DNA of 46,183 nt from positions 1 through 46,183 of IMG/VR virus record IMGVR_UViG_3300050133_000017, one strand, 5' to 3'. The notes under the pieces were generated by a model. That model did not search any database. It was not told the origin of the DNA and saw only the letters and a list, made by a program, of their open reading frames with translations. A program made the translations under genes and the position numbers. The DNA is from a virus. This document shows positions 25,880 to 33,592 of this stretch, piece after piece (position 1 is the stretch's first letter; every line of letters begins with the position of its first letter).

Positions 25880-26745
25880 TGAGCGCCCAACTGGTTCCGC
25901 AGCACATCGTCGACCGTGCCAACGAGGACATTGTTGGCGTGATTCGTGGCTACCTGCCAGATCTGAAGAAAGCCGGTAAAAGCTGGGTGGCGCTTTGCCC
26001 ATTCCACAAAGAGAAGACGCCAAGCTTCGGCGTAGTCGAATCCAAGGATTTCTATTACTGCCAGGGCTGTGGCGCTGGTGGTGATGCCATTGGTTTCGTC
26101 CAGGCCATGAACCCAGGCATAAGCTTTCGTGACGCCATCAAATCCATCTTGGGCGAAATTACGCTTGAGGATGTCGGTCTAGCGCCGCGCAAACAGGTCA
26201 TTCGTGCCACCCGATGCGATCTACCCGCCAGCGCCGAAGACCGCGAAAAATCCGCCGACGTGATGTCGCGCACCCATCTTGTAGAGCAACACACCTATCT
26301 CATGCGAAACAACACAGCTTCCAACACCCCAGTCGCCACCAATGCAAAAGGCGTCCTGGTCGTGCCAATGATCAACAATATCGGCGAGACAGTTAACGTG
26401 GCCGCAATCCTGGTTAGCGGCTCGATCAACTACGCAGCCGGAAAGCCATCATTCGGCGCCACAGCAGTCCTTGAGCCAGAAGGCGAGCATGACGGCAAGA
26501 CGATCATCTGCACTGACTACACGCACGCCTGGCGCATCTGGTGGGCTCAGCGTGGAAAGTCTCGCGTACTGGCGTGCATGGATATCGACAACTTCCGCTG
26601 GATGCTGATCAGTTGTAAGGATCGATACACGCACGTCGGCTGCGATCCTTCTGAAGCCGATGAGCATATTGAATATGGTCGCGGTGTTGTTGCGCTGCCA
26701 GTCGACCAATACGCCAAACTTGACAGGCTGGTGGCAACCGCATAG
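25876..26745 (+). CDS. DNA primase (DnaG-type CHC2 zinc finger)
   Basis: Motif CPFHKEKTPSFGV...YYCQGCGAGGDAIGF. 289 aa. ATGA coupled to the HTH gene. Confidence 0.75.
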   Translation: MMSAQLVPQHIVDRANEDIVGVIRGYLPDLKKAGKSWVALCPFHKEKTPSFGVVESKDFYYCQGCGAGGDAIGFVQAMNPGISFRDAIKSILGEITLEDVGLAPRKQVIRATRCDLPASAEDREKSADVMSRTHLVEQHTYLMRNNTASNTPVATNAKGVLVVPMINNIGETVNVAAILVSGSINYAAGKPSFGATAVLEPEGEHDGKTIICTDYTHAWRIWWAQRGKSRVLACMDIDNFRWMLISCKDRYTHVGCDPSEADEHIEYGRGVVALPVDQYAKLDRLVATA

Positions 26746-26789
26746 CCTCGCAAATACCGGAACGCTCCTGTCAAGCTGCAAAACCGGCA

Positions 26790-26813
26790 CCCTGTCTTCG
26801 GATGGGGTTTTTT
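26790..26813 (+). terminator. Intrinsic terminator of the rightward island
   Basis: CCCTGTC-ttcg-GATGGGG (two G-T pairs) followed by TTTTTTG. Confidence 0.7.
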
Positions 26814-26836
26814 GTGAGTGCAAGAAAGTGCAGGCG

Positions 26837-26862
26837 TAAAAAAGCCAGCGGTTAGGCTGGCT
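26837..26862 (-). terminator. Intrinsic terminator (leftward)
   Basis: Minus strand: AGCCAGC-ctaacc-GCTGGCT followed by TTTTTT, right after the stop of 26867..27169. Confidence 0.8.
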
Positions 26863-26866
26863 ATGA

Positions 26867-27169
26867 TTATCGATCTTTAAACGGTTCGCGGGGTTTGTGC
26901 TTGTATCGATGCCAGCCGTCTGTCAATTCTATTTCTTCGTAGATTGAGCGCCGATCAGAAAACCCAAGCTCTACTGCCAGGGCGTGTAGCTCATGGTCAA
27001 TCTTTATATTGTCCATGCCGATCCAGTCTGCATCGGCGTTGCGCTTGTTTGCCTGCTTTGGCGTCAAGTCCATAAGGCTGGCGCTGCTGAGCTTTTCCAT
27101 GCGCTTGTTGTTAATCTTGCGCTTTCGCAAGAGGGCTATCATTGAATCAATTTGTTTTTCGGTAGACAT
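26867..27169 (-). CDS. Hypothetical protein (100 aa)
   Basis: ORF with a lysine-rich N-terminus, bounded by terminators. Confidence 0.55.
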   Translation of the reverse strand: MSTEKQIDSMIALLRKRKINNKRMEKLSSASLMDLTPKQANKRNADADWIGMDNIKIDHELHALAVELGFSDRRSIYEEIELTDGWHRYKHKPREPFKDR

Positions 27170-27180
27170 CTATAGAGCTC

Positions 27181-27204
27181 CAAGGAAAGGCTCCTTTCGG
27201 AGCC
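27181..27204 (-). terminator. Intrinsic terminator (leftward, probably leaky)
   Basis: Minus strand: GGCTCC-gaaa-GGAGCC followed by TTTCCTT. Confidence 0.6.
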
Positions 27205-27212
27205 CTTCGGCT

Positions 27213-27413
27213 TTACTTCATGCTTTTCAGGATCGAGGCGCAAACTGCGCAGTTTTTACCTTTGAGGCTAGCTTGCCATTTTGCGATCTTTTCGTTTGCT
27301 TCCTTGATCGCATCCTCTTTCACCGAAGCTTCTACCATGATCGTTTTGGTGCGGTTCAGTGTGCAGCCGCAAGTGTCGCAAGAGATTTTGGCTTTAGCTT
27401 TCAGTGCGTTCAT
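27213..27413 (-). CDS. Small Zn-ribbon-like protein (66 aa)
   Basis: CDTCGC near the N-terminus and CAVC near the C-terminus. It is the first gene after promoter P27. Confidence 0.55.
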   Translation of the reverse strand: MNALKAKAKISCDTCGCTLNRTKTIMVEASVKEDAIKEANEKIAKWQASLKGKNCAVCASILKSMK

Positions 27414-27450
27414 TTCGTTTACTCCGTGTGTGTTGCGTTTCGATGGGACA

Positions 27451-27479
27451 ATAATCGCACAGCATAATAACTATGTCAA
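27451..27479 (-). promoter_or_regulatory. Family promoter P27: TTGACA-N17-GATTAT
   Basis: Minus strand: gTTGACAtagttattatgctgtgcGATTAT. -35 at 27474-27479, -10 at 27451-27456. Confidence 0.7.
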
Positions 27480-27490
27480 CCATCAAGATA

Positions 27491-27512
27491 GAAAAAGGCC
27501 GAATTAACGGCC
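27491..27512 (-). terminator. Intrinsic terminator (leftward)
   Basis: Minus strand: GGCCG-ttaatt-CGGCC followed by TTTTTC. Confidence 0.7.
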
Positions 27513-27522
27513 TCTGTCTTCA

Positions 27523-27672
27523 CTATGGATCTTCGTTTGGCTCGCCTGGGTCTGGGTCGTAAAATCTTTCGTTGCCGCACGCCATGCATGTTGATCCATC
27601 ATCTCCGCACGACTCACAATCAGGCTCATCATCCGGATCAAGCTGCCTATCACCGATGTAGATGTGGTTCAT
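27523..27672 (-). CDS. Very acidic small Cys protein (49 aa, CESC...CMAC)
   Basis: ATGA coupling to the upstream gene. Sequence MNHIYIGDRQLDPDDEPDCESCGDDGSTCMACGNERFYDPDPGEPNEDP. Below the track cut-off. Confidence 0.5.
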   Translation of the reverse strand: MNHIYIGDRQLDPDDEPDCESCGDDGSTCMACGNERFYDPDPGEPNEDP

Positions 27673-27875
27673 GATTTTAGGTTCTCATCTGGGTCAAATC
27701 CAAATTCACGGCATAGCGCATTTGCTACACCAGACCCAACCGCAAATGCATCGCGGACAAGAACCCACCGAGCTGTTCCATGCTTATTACGGTATTTGCT
27801 TGGCCCCCTAAGATTGCGGATAACGCCCCAGATCAGGTCACGCTCTTCAATTTCACACCCAGATAAAAGCATCAT
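27669..27875 (-). CDS. Hypothetical protein (68 aa)
   Basis: ATGA coupling on both sides. Confidence 0.55.
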   Translation of the reverse strand: MMLLSGCEIEERDLIWGVIRNLRGPSKYRNKHGTARWVLVRDAFAVGSGVANALCREFGFDPDENLKS

Positions 27876-28063
27876 GCTTTTCCACCCCCTTCAAAATGCC
27901 GATCGCACTCAGCCTTTGCCACATCCAGGTCGGTAAATGGCCGACTTATAAAATCACCCTTCAGGCTTGGCCGGTAAAAGGTTTCTTCGCCAGCGCGATA
28001 CTTGCCTATTTTGTAGCCTTCGTCGCTGACCAGCAGATGAGGGGTTTCGCGGCGCCAGATCAT
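27872..28063 (-). CDS. Hypothetical protein (63 aa)
   Basis: ATG 28063 follows GGAGCATCAGC and overlaps the stop of the 28-aa micro-ORF (ATGA). Confidence 0.5.
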   Translation of the reverse strand: MIWRRETPHLLVSDEGYKIGKYRAGEETFYRPSLKGDFISRPFTDLDVAKAECDRHFEGGGKA

Positions 28064-28146
28064 GCTGATGCTCCAATGCTGTAACCAAGAAGTCCACACA
28101 AAAAGCAGCAAACGAGAATCCAGAACAGCAATTCAAGGCTTCTCAT
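28060..28146 (-). CDS. Hydrophobic micro-protein (28 aa, MRSLELLFWILVCCFLCGLLGYSIGASA)
   Basis: ATGA coupling to the CsrA-like gene upstream and to the next gene downstream. One predicted TM helix. Confidence 0.5.
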   Translation of the reverse strand: MRSLELLFWILVCCFLCGLLGYSIGASA

Positions 28147-28415
28147 TTCAGCAGCTCCGTCCGCACGATCTTGACCGACTTGTCGGCCTCGAATGCCAGG
28201 CGTACTTGGGAGCCGCTGATACCGGTCACCTCAAGGTTCAGGCCGACATCGGAAAGCAGATAGCTCGCGTACAGCGGAATCCAGCAACCGTTTTGAATAT
28301 TGCTAGCCTCGAAAACCACGTAGATTTTCTTCGGATGAACCTCGCGAACAGTCATCACAACGTTGTCGCCGATCTTTACTGATTCGCCAGGACGGCGGGT
28401 TAGGATTAGTGCCAT
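28143..28415 (-). CDS. CsrA/RsmA-family RNA-binding protein, atypical (about 30-aa internal insertion or partial duplication)
   Basis: MALILTRRPGESVKIGDNVVMTV compares with CsrA [22 protein letters not shown]. The C-terminal VTGISGSQVRLAFEADKSVKIVRTEL compares with [32 protein letters not shown] RBS. Confidence 0.65.
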   Translation of the reverse strand: MALILTRRPGESVKIGDNVVMTVREVHPKKIYVVFEASNIQNGCWIPLYASYLLSDVGLNLEVTGISGSQVRLAFEADKSVKIVRTELLK

Positions 28416-28539
28416 GGTGGATCTCCTTGAAAATAATGGTTATAGCTTTGGGTTGAGGCGTTTCAGATCGTCGAGGCAGGCGTTCCAGCCGCAATCGTAT
28501 GGTGATTGGTAGCCGTCCATCTGCTCGGTATCGAGATGT

Positions 28540-29130
28540 TCAGGCAGCACAACCGCTACCGGCGGCGGTCTGCTCGGCGAGCAGTTCCACAGTTACGCGA
28601 AACTCACGGCCTTCAAGATCGTTTCTGTGCCGCAAGTCCTGAGTTAAATCGTTGAAGTCTGGCAGGCCCTCGAAGTATCGGCAAAAAACATGATCGCCCT
28701 CACAGCACGCGCACCTGTTAGCGTCTTCACTTGTGCTGCGCATGAACGTCAGGACGCCGACACCTTGCGCCAGCGCCACCGGCTCGCCTTGGGGCTGGGC
28801 GGCTGCATTTTCAGCGTTCACGCGTTCGATGTATGCAGGAAGAAGGGTCGGTGGAAATGTATCCTCCCACGGCTTCACGTTGCGCTTTGCCGATTCTTGG
28901 AGAAGATCGACATGGCCTACAAGCTCGCGAACAAGGTCATACCAATCCGAAACATCGTAGAACTTACAAAGCGCCGGATCTGGTTCAGCTTGCGATTTTG
29001 CGCAAGGTGCCGAATCAAGGAGGGCGCGCAGTTCGGCGTGAGGAATTCCGAAGCCGGCCTCGAAGCATGCCAGCATTGCCTTATCAATCAGCTCACGCGG
29101 CACGCCGTCAATCGTTTGGTTGGTGGTCAT
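28540..29130 (-). CDS. Hypothetical protein (196 aa)
   Basis: ATGA-coupled ORF. No motif recognised. Confidence 0.55.
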   Translation of the reverse strand: MTTNQTIDGVPRELIDKAMLACFEAGFGIPHAELRALLDSAPCAKSQAEPDPALCKFYDVSDWYDLVRELVGHVDLLQESAKRNVKPWEDTFPPTLLPAYIERVNAENAAAQPQGEPVALAQGVGVLTFMRSTSEDANRCACCEGDHVFCRYFEGLPDFNDLTQDLRHRNDLEGREFRVTVELLAEQTAAGSGCAA

Positions 29131-29489
29131 GGCTTCACATGCTCCGCAGTAAGGTCCTTATCAATCCACACAGCTTTACCAGTGCCTTGGCAGTACCGGC
29201 ATTTGCTTCGCTCAACATGGGTAGGGTCGTCGCAACGGTCGCCGTTACAGCAGTGGTTGCAGCGATCACCGCCCCATACTTTCCAGCCGGTGGGAGGCAT
29301 GCTTTTTTGCACCTCTTGTAGCGTCAGCTCGTCACCCTGGTCAGTCATGGTGAATATAGGGTCAAGTGTCAGATGATCGCCTTGCGCAGCCCAAAGCCAG
29401 CCGTCTGGCGGTGGAAACACAGGCTTTTTGAAGTCGCACCGATTGTCCTTACACCACTGAATCGCTTGCACCCTTGTCGCATCACTCAT
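29127..29489 (-). CDS. Cys-rich protein with a DnaJ-type CxxCxGxG zinc-finger motif (120 aa)
   Basis: C-terminal CNHCCNGDRCDD...CRYCQGTGKA. Confidence 0.55.
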   Translation of the reverse strand: MSDATRVQAIQWCKDNRCDFKKPVFPPPDGWLWAAQGDHLTLDPIFTMTDQGDELTLQEVQKSMPPTGWKVWGGDRCNHCCNGDRCDDPTHVERSKCRYCQGTGKAVWIDKDLTAEHVKP

Positions 29490-29553
29490 AAATCACCTCA
29501 GCAAATCAGTTGTGCCAGTGCCAGCAGGCACCAGAAGTAGGCGGGGAGTTGGG

Positions 29554-29703
29554 TTAGGGCTTCGACTCGCATTCATCGCAACGCCACTCCACATGTGGAA
29601 CGAGCGGGCCAAACAGCCAGAAGCGTTTAGCCATCCGGGCCACCTTCCACAGCTGGCCCCATTCCTTGCAGCGAGGACAGGTGCCGAATGCTTTATTACT
29701 CAT
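29554..29703 (-). CDS. Small Zn-ribbon protein (49 aa)
   Basis: The internal ATG 29703 overlaps the end of the upstream gene. Motif CPRC...CDEC. Confidence 0.5.
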   Translation of the reverse strand: MSNKAFGTCPRCKEWGQLWKVARMAKRFWLFGPLVPHVEWRCDECESKP

Positions 29704-30112
29704 CGCCGTGACCATCTTCTGGCTTGAGTGCGGCGAGAATTTCCATTGCCCTGCGCTTGTCCGCAAAGCTCGACTTGTTGCGTGGCGTAACCTTGATCAG
29801 CAAGGCTAAGGCGGATTCCAGCACATCCACCCGCTCATCCGCTGCGGTCAGGCGCTGTTGCAGGGATACCAGCTCAAGAGTCGAGTTCGGCACAGCCTTG
29901 CGAACCATACTCAACTCTTCCAGCGCCGCGTCACGCTGCCCCTCGATCAGACAAAGCAGGCTCCCGCGATATGCCAAGCTTTCCTTGATTTCAGAAAGCT
30001 CCAATAGCGCCGCGTCACGCTCGGCGGTTACGCGGTCAAGCTTCGATTGCACTTCAAGACGATTACGTTCAGCAGCCTCTGCCATCCGCTTCATTTCCAT
30101 ATACGCGGTCAT
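29696..30112 (-). CDS. Coiled-coil protein (138 aa)
   Basis: ATG 30112 overlaps the upstream stop (ATGA). Repeated ...RDAALLELS.../...RDAALEELS... helical segments. Confidence 0.55.
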   Translation of the reverse strand: MTAYMEMKRMAEAAERNRLEVQSKLDRVTAERDAALLELSEIKESLAYRGSLLCLIEGQRDAALEELSMVRKAVPNSTLELVSLQQRLTAADERVDVLESALALLIKVTPRNKSSFADKRRAMEILAALKPEDGHGDE

Positions 30113-30456
30113 AACTCGATCTCCCCAGCTTTGGCGCGGGACTGGGCGCAGGCGAGCCAGCCGAACCATTCATTTTGTGTGGCTTTGGAAACGTATCCAA
30201 CACCATCTTTCCTTTCCTTGGATATACCTCGACCCATCAAATTAAACTCAAACAACTCCCGCTCCTTCGCCTCGTCGCAGATGGGTTGCGGCGGGTTTGG
30301 GGCTGCGGCGAGCATTGACCCATAAAGCCCGAGCCGCCACTGAATAACACGAGGCGTGTTAGGATTGCCAAGGCACAACAGCGGAACGGTGTCCACCTCT
30401 AGCATTTCCTTGGTCGGCTCAACCGGCACCATCTTGTAACCCTTCGGAATATTCAC
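30109..30456 (-). CDS. Hypothetical protein (115 aa, GYKMVPVEPTKEM N-terminus)
   Basis: ATGA coupling. Confidence 0.55.
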   Translation of the reverse strand: MNIPKGYKMVPVEPTKEMLEVDTVPLLCLGNPNTPRVIQWRLGLYGSMLAAAPNPPQPICDEAKERELFEFNLMGRGISKERKDGVGYVSKATQNEWFGWLACAQSRAKAGEIEL

Positions 30457-30668
30457 AATTTATCCCCCGACCGCCCATCTTCAAAAATCCTTCCAGCCGC
30501 AATCGGCGTGAAGGTCATCTGAAAATCCAGGCAGCTGTTGTCTTCGAAGTGGAACCGCAGGACATCCTTGCTTGGATGACCCATATAGCCGGTATGTGCG
30601 CGAGCCTTGGCTAACGGGTCGTCAGCTTCAAGGCAGAGCTGGGCGATTGACTGCGGCATTTCTGGCAC
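30453..30668 (-). CDS. Hypothetical protein (71 aa)
   Basis: First gene after promoter P30. Confidence 0.55.
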   Translation of the reverse strand: MPEMPQSIAQLCLEADDPLAKARAHTGYMGHPSKDVLRFHFEDNSCLDFQMTFTPIAAGRIFEDGRSGDKL

Positions 30669-30691
30669 TCCTTGTGTGTTGGTGTTTGACG

Positions 30692-30720
30692 ATAGTAGAC
30701 ATAGATAATTAGTATGTCAA
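30692..30720 (-). promoter_or_regulatory. Family promoter P30: TTGACA-N17-TACTAT
   Basis: Minus strand: gTTGACAtactaattatctatgtcTACTAT. -35 at 30715-30720, -10 at 30692-30697. It overlaps the stop of the upstream gene. Confidence 0.65.
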
Positions 30721-30959
30721 CTATCTTTGACTCTCATGTCGCTAAGAACCTTGTCGTGCGTCTTCCAGTGGCTGCGAGAATCCCAGGCGCAACCCATAGG
30801 CTCCAGATAAGCAGCGGGTTTTCCGCCGAATGATTGGCCGGAATGCCGAGCTATACGGTACTGGTTGCCGTCTTTTTTGCGGATCAGGATTTTGCCCTTG
30901 AGATGCGCAATCGATTCAGGCCATTCGCCGTCGATGAATTTACGGAATGCGTCGTTCAT
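30717..30959 (-). CDS. Hypothetical protein (80 aa)
   Basis: ATGA coupling upstream. Confidence 0.55.
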   Translation of the reverse strand: MNDAFRKFIDGEWPESIAHLKGKILIRKKDGNQYRIARHSGQSFGGKPAAYLEPMGCAWDSRSHWKTHDKVLSDMRVKDS

Positions 30960-31246
30960 GGCTTCACCTTCAGGCCGAGTGATTCGATGGCTTGGCGAAC
31001 ATCATGCGCACTCATTGATATGTCTGGATCTTCTCCATCCTCCGCATGAAAAACGCCGCTGAACGAATCATAGGGTTCTGGCAGCAACACCTCAATGGCT
31101 GCGCGGGAGGCTTGCCAGGCGTTCCAAGCAAGATCAGTGCGCTCATAGGCATAAGTGGTCACAACTCCATCTTTCTTGAGTTGCATACATTGGCTGCGTG
31201 CCCACTCTTCAAATTGCTGCTGCATAGTGATTTTCTCAGTGCTCAT
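30956..31246 (-). CDS. Hypothetical protein (96 aa, MSTEKITMQQQFEEWARSQ...)
   Basis: ATG 31246 follows AGGAGCAGCAAA. The longer track ORF start lies inside the upstream gene. Confidence 0.55.
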   Translation of the reverse strand: MSTEKITMQQQFEEWARSQCMQLKKDGVVTTYAYERTDLAWNAWQASRAAIEVLLPEPYDSFSGVFHAEDGEDPDISMSAHDVRQAIESLGLKVKP

Positions 31247-31445
31247 TTTGCTGCTCCTGTCGTTGAAATTCAGCCATTGCTTTCTGCCCAGCCAACCAAG
31301 ACTGCCAAGCCTTCTCGGTACCGACAAAGCTATACGGCACGTGCTTGCTGTCGCCATCACGATGGAAGCGCATCGACCACATCGGAATGTCAGCCTGATA
31401 CCACGCCTCAAACGACTTCCGGTTTTCTTCTTTGGTCACAACCAC
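31236..31445 (-). CDS. Hypothetical protein (69 aa, GTG start; FEAWYQ motif similar to its neighbour)
   Basis: Overlaps both neighbours by 10-11 nt. The start codon is uncertain. Confidence 0.45.
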   Translation of the reverse strand: MVVTKEENRKSFEAWYQADIPMWSMRFHRDGDSKHVPYSFVGTEKAWQSWLAGQKAMAEFQRQEQQNEH

Positions 31446-31780
31446 ATCTCCAATCGCTGCACGGCCAGCGCCAATCGCTCGCCATCTTCTCTACTCAGTC
31501 GCTCGCCACGTTCAAGCATCGACCTGGCGGCCTCCCAGATCAGCCATTCGTGACGAATATCTTTGTTCTCTTTGTGCTCCTGTTGATGCCGTACTATGCG
31601 GTTTTCGGTCCAAACGAACGTTTCGCCGTCGATAAACGACCCAAAAACACCAGTTTTCTGCATTTTCATCAAAAAACCATTACGCAACTCATCGATCCGA
31701 AACTTCCGAAACCGGAGGTCTTCAGCGGTAATCGGAACCTTGATCCCGTACTGGGCGCGAATGGCTTCTTCGAATGTCAT
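31436..31780 (-). CDS. Hypothetical protein (114 aa)
   Basis: ATGA coupling to the 521-aa gene. Confidence 0.55.
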   Translation of the reverse strand: MTFEEAIRAQYGIKVPITAEDLRFRKFRIDELRNGFLMKMQKTGVFGSFIDGETFVWTENRIVRHQQEHKENKDIRHEWLIWEAARSMLERGERLSREDGERLALAVQRLEMWL

Positions 31781-33342
31781 GCAATGGCTACCTTTCCGGC
31801 TGCGTTGAGGATCAGTTGTCCAGAAAGCAGCATTGAGTCGATGCGGGCGCTCGCCATCTTGAACGATGCTGGCATTGCCTTGAATGGCTTGCGGTTCTTC
31901 GCCTGGAGCGCTGCGGCACGCTTTTCCATTGGCGCCCTGGTCAGCACCTCGATAATGGTTTCTTCCTCGGCCTGGGTGCCTGACTCGCCTGCACTGTTGA
32001 GAATCCCCTTGATGTGATCGGCCAGGCCCAACACGAGATCAATCGATTCCTCAATGATCCAGGTCGGGATGATCTCGGAGACCTTGCAGTCGTTCGACAG
32101 GCACTCAATCACGTAGATGTTTCCGGCAATCTTCATGACGTGCGTTTCGATCTTTGCCAGCCAGCCCATCATCACCATTTCGCCAGCCATCTTCAGGTCA
32201 TACAGGTATGACTCCGTTGAGTTCTTGGCCTCGCGCAGGATCCGATAGCCTTCGTCGGATGCCCGGATGCGGATCAGGTTTTCGGGGTCCATGATCACCC
32301 TGGCGTCATCGTCGGCGGCGTACTGCCTAAGCACGCTATCCGAGTACATGTCGACGCAAGCCGAACAGGCACGCTCAAAAGATTCCTTTTCGCTGCGCGT
32401 CGGGAAATGCCCCTCGTTGCGACGAAAGCCAATCGGATCAGGCTCAGCCAGGTAGATGAAACGTTCGGCCATCCCTGAGCCCCCAGAAGCCGCCAGGACG
32501 CGCTTGCTGCTGCCAGGCTGAGCGATGATCACAACGCAGCCCTGAACCATGCCAGTGAACGCTTTGCGGCCCGCCCGCATACCAGACACGTATTCGCTGG
32601 CGTAGCCCTTCAGTATCAGCTCGTTGGTGCTGGAGAACGAACCGGACTCAGGGAACAGCGATTGCAAGCCAGACTGCTCGGCGCTGGACACGACAAACCG
32701 ACCTTCTGAGCATCCAGAAAGAAAGCCGTCAATCGACGCCGACGTGCCGTCAGATGTCTCGCTGAACGTTCGCTTGATGTGCTGATCAACCGGTATATCC
32801 TTTTCCTTTAGTTCGCGGTTAATGCCACCTACCTTCTTGTTGTGCTGCGCCACACCCAGGCGATAAGGCTTCATTCCGACATCGAGTAAGTAGCTCTTCA
32901 TCATGGCAGGCGGCTGCTCAATGATGGTGTACATGCCAAGCGACACGCACGAGTCAGTAGAATACTGAGTAGCAAATGCCGTCGACACCGAACAACTTGC
33001 GGATGCCAGCAACGCAAAGAACGAACTCACTTCTGGGAATTCAATCTTGTTGTGCACGACACGCGCCAACTTGCCGACAGTAGTATTTGCGATGCGGTCA
33101 CTTAGCTCAAGTAGCGTCGGGATATATTCGGCGTCATCCACAACTTCCTTTTTCACGCGCGGCTTATATTCGCGCCTTGGCTTTACATCTGCCGGAACAG
33201 GAATGTCTTTTGTCGGCGCAACTTCGATGACGCCAATATCAAACGATGATATTGAAAAGTCGTCGTCGTCCGGCATCACTGTCGAATATAACTCGACAGG
33301 AGGAATATCTATTGCGGGCGGATTGCTGATATCGATATTCAT
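31777..33342 (-). CDS. Large early protein, possible replication initiator (DUF3987-like by eye, low certainty)
   Basis: ATG 33342 overlaps the upstream stop (TAATG). 521 aa. It is the second gene of the leftward operon, next to the ori-like element. No clear Walker A seen. Confidence 0.4.
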   Translation of the reverse strand: MNIDISNPPAIDIPPVELYSTVMPDDDDFSISSFDIGVIEVAPTKDIPVPADVKPRREYKPRVKKEVVDDAEYIPTLLELSDRIANTTVGKLARVVHNKIEFPEVSSFFALLASASCSVSTAFATQYSTDSCVSLGMYTIIEQPPAMMKSYLLDVGMKPYRLGVAQHNKKVGGINRELKEKDIPVDQHIKRTFSETSDGTSASIDGFLSGCSEGRFVVSSAEQSGLQSLFPESGSFSSTNELILKGYASEYVSGMRAGRKAFTGMVQGCVVIIAQPGSSKRVLAASGGSGMAERFIYLAEPDPIGFRRNEGHFPTRSEKESFERACSACVDMYSDSVLRQYAADDDARVIMDPENLIRIRASDEGYRILREAKNSTESYLYDLKMAGEMVMMGWLAKIETHVMKIAGNIYVIECLSNDCKVSEIIPTWIIEESIDLVLGLADHIKGILNSAGESGTQAEEETIIEVLTRAPMEKRAAALQAKNRKPFKAMPASFKMASARIDSMLLSGQLILNAAGKVAIA

Positions 33343-33551
33343 TATTCGATCCGCCAAATGCGATAGCCGTCACCCTCTTTACGGCGAGTCATACGGAAGC
33401 CGTTCTGATGCCATTTGGCATACGAGTAGGCCGCGCTTGCACAGCATTCGACCTCGGCAAGCGACGGAAAAAACCGGCTGCCACCAATCGGCCAGTCCTC
33501 AAATCGGTATCGGTTCACCTTCGGAATTGGAACGCCTTCCTGTAAATCCAT
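33342..33551 (-). CDS. Small early protein (69 aa, ...GDGYRIWRIE C-terminus)
   Basis: ATG 33551 follows GGAGAG. The longer track start (33587) would lie 6 nt from the promoter -10. Confidence 0.55.
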   Translation of the reverse strand: MDLQEGVPIPKVNRYRFEDWPIGGSRFFPSLAEVECCASAAYSYAKWHQNGFRMTRRKEGDGYRIWRIE

Positions 33552-33592
33552 AGCAATTCTCTCCACAGTCTTATGTTTCTTACGCAAACCGG

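Noticed and set aside
31046-32017. 323-aa plus-strand ORF opposite the 521-aa early gene
   Set aside because: It lies antisense to a translationally coupled leftward operon. It has no promoter or RBS and a low-complexity Ser/Leu/Pro-rich translation.
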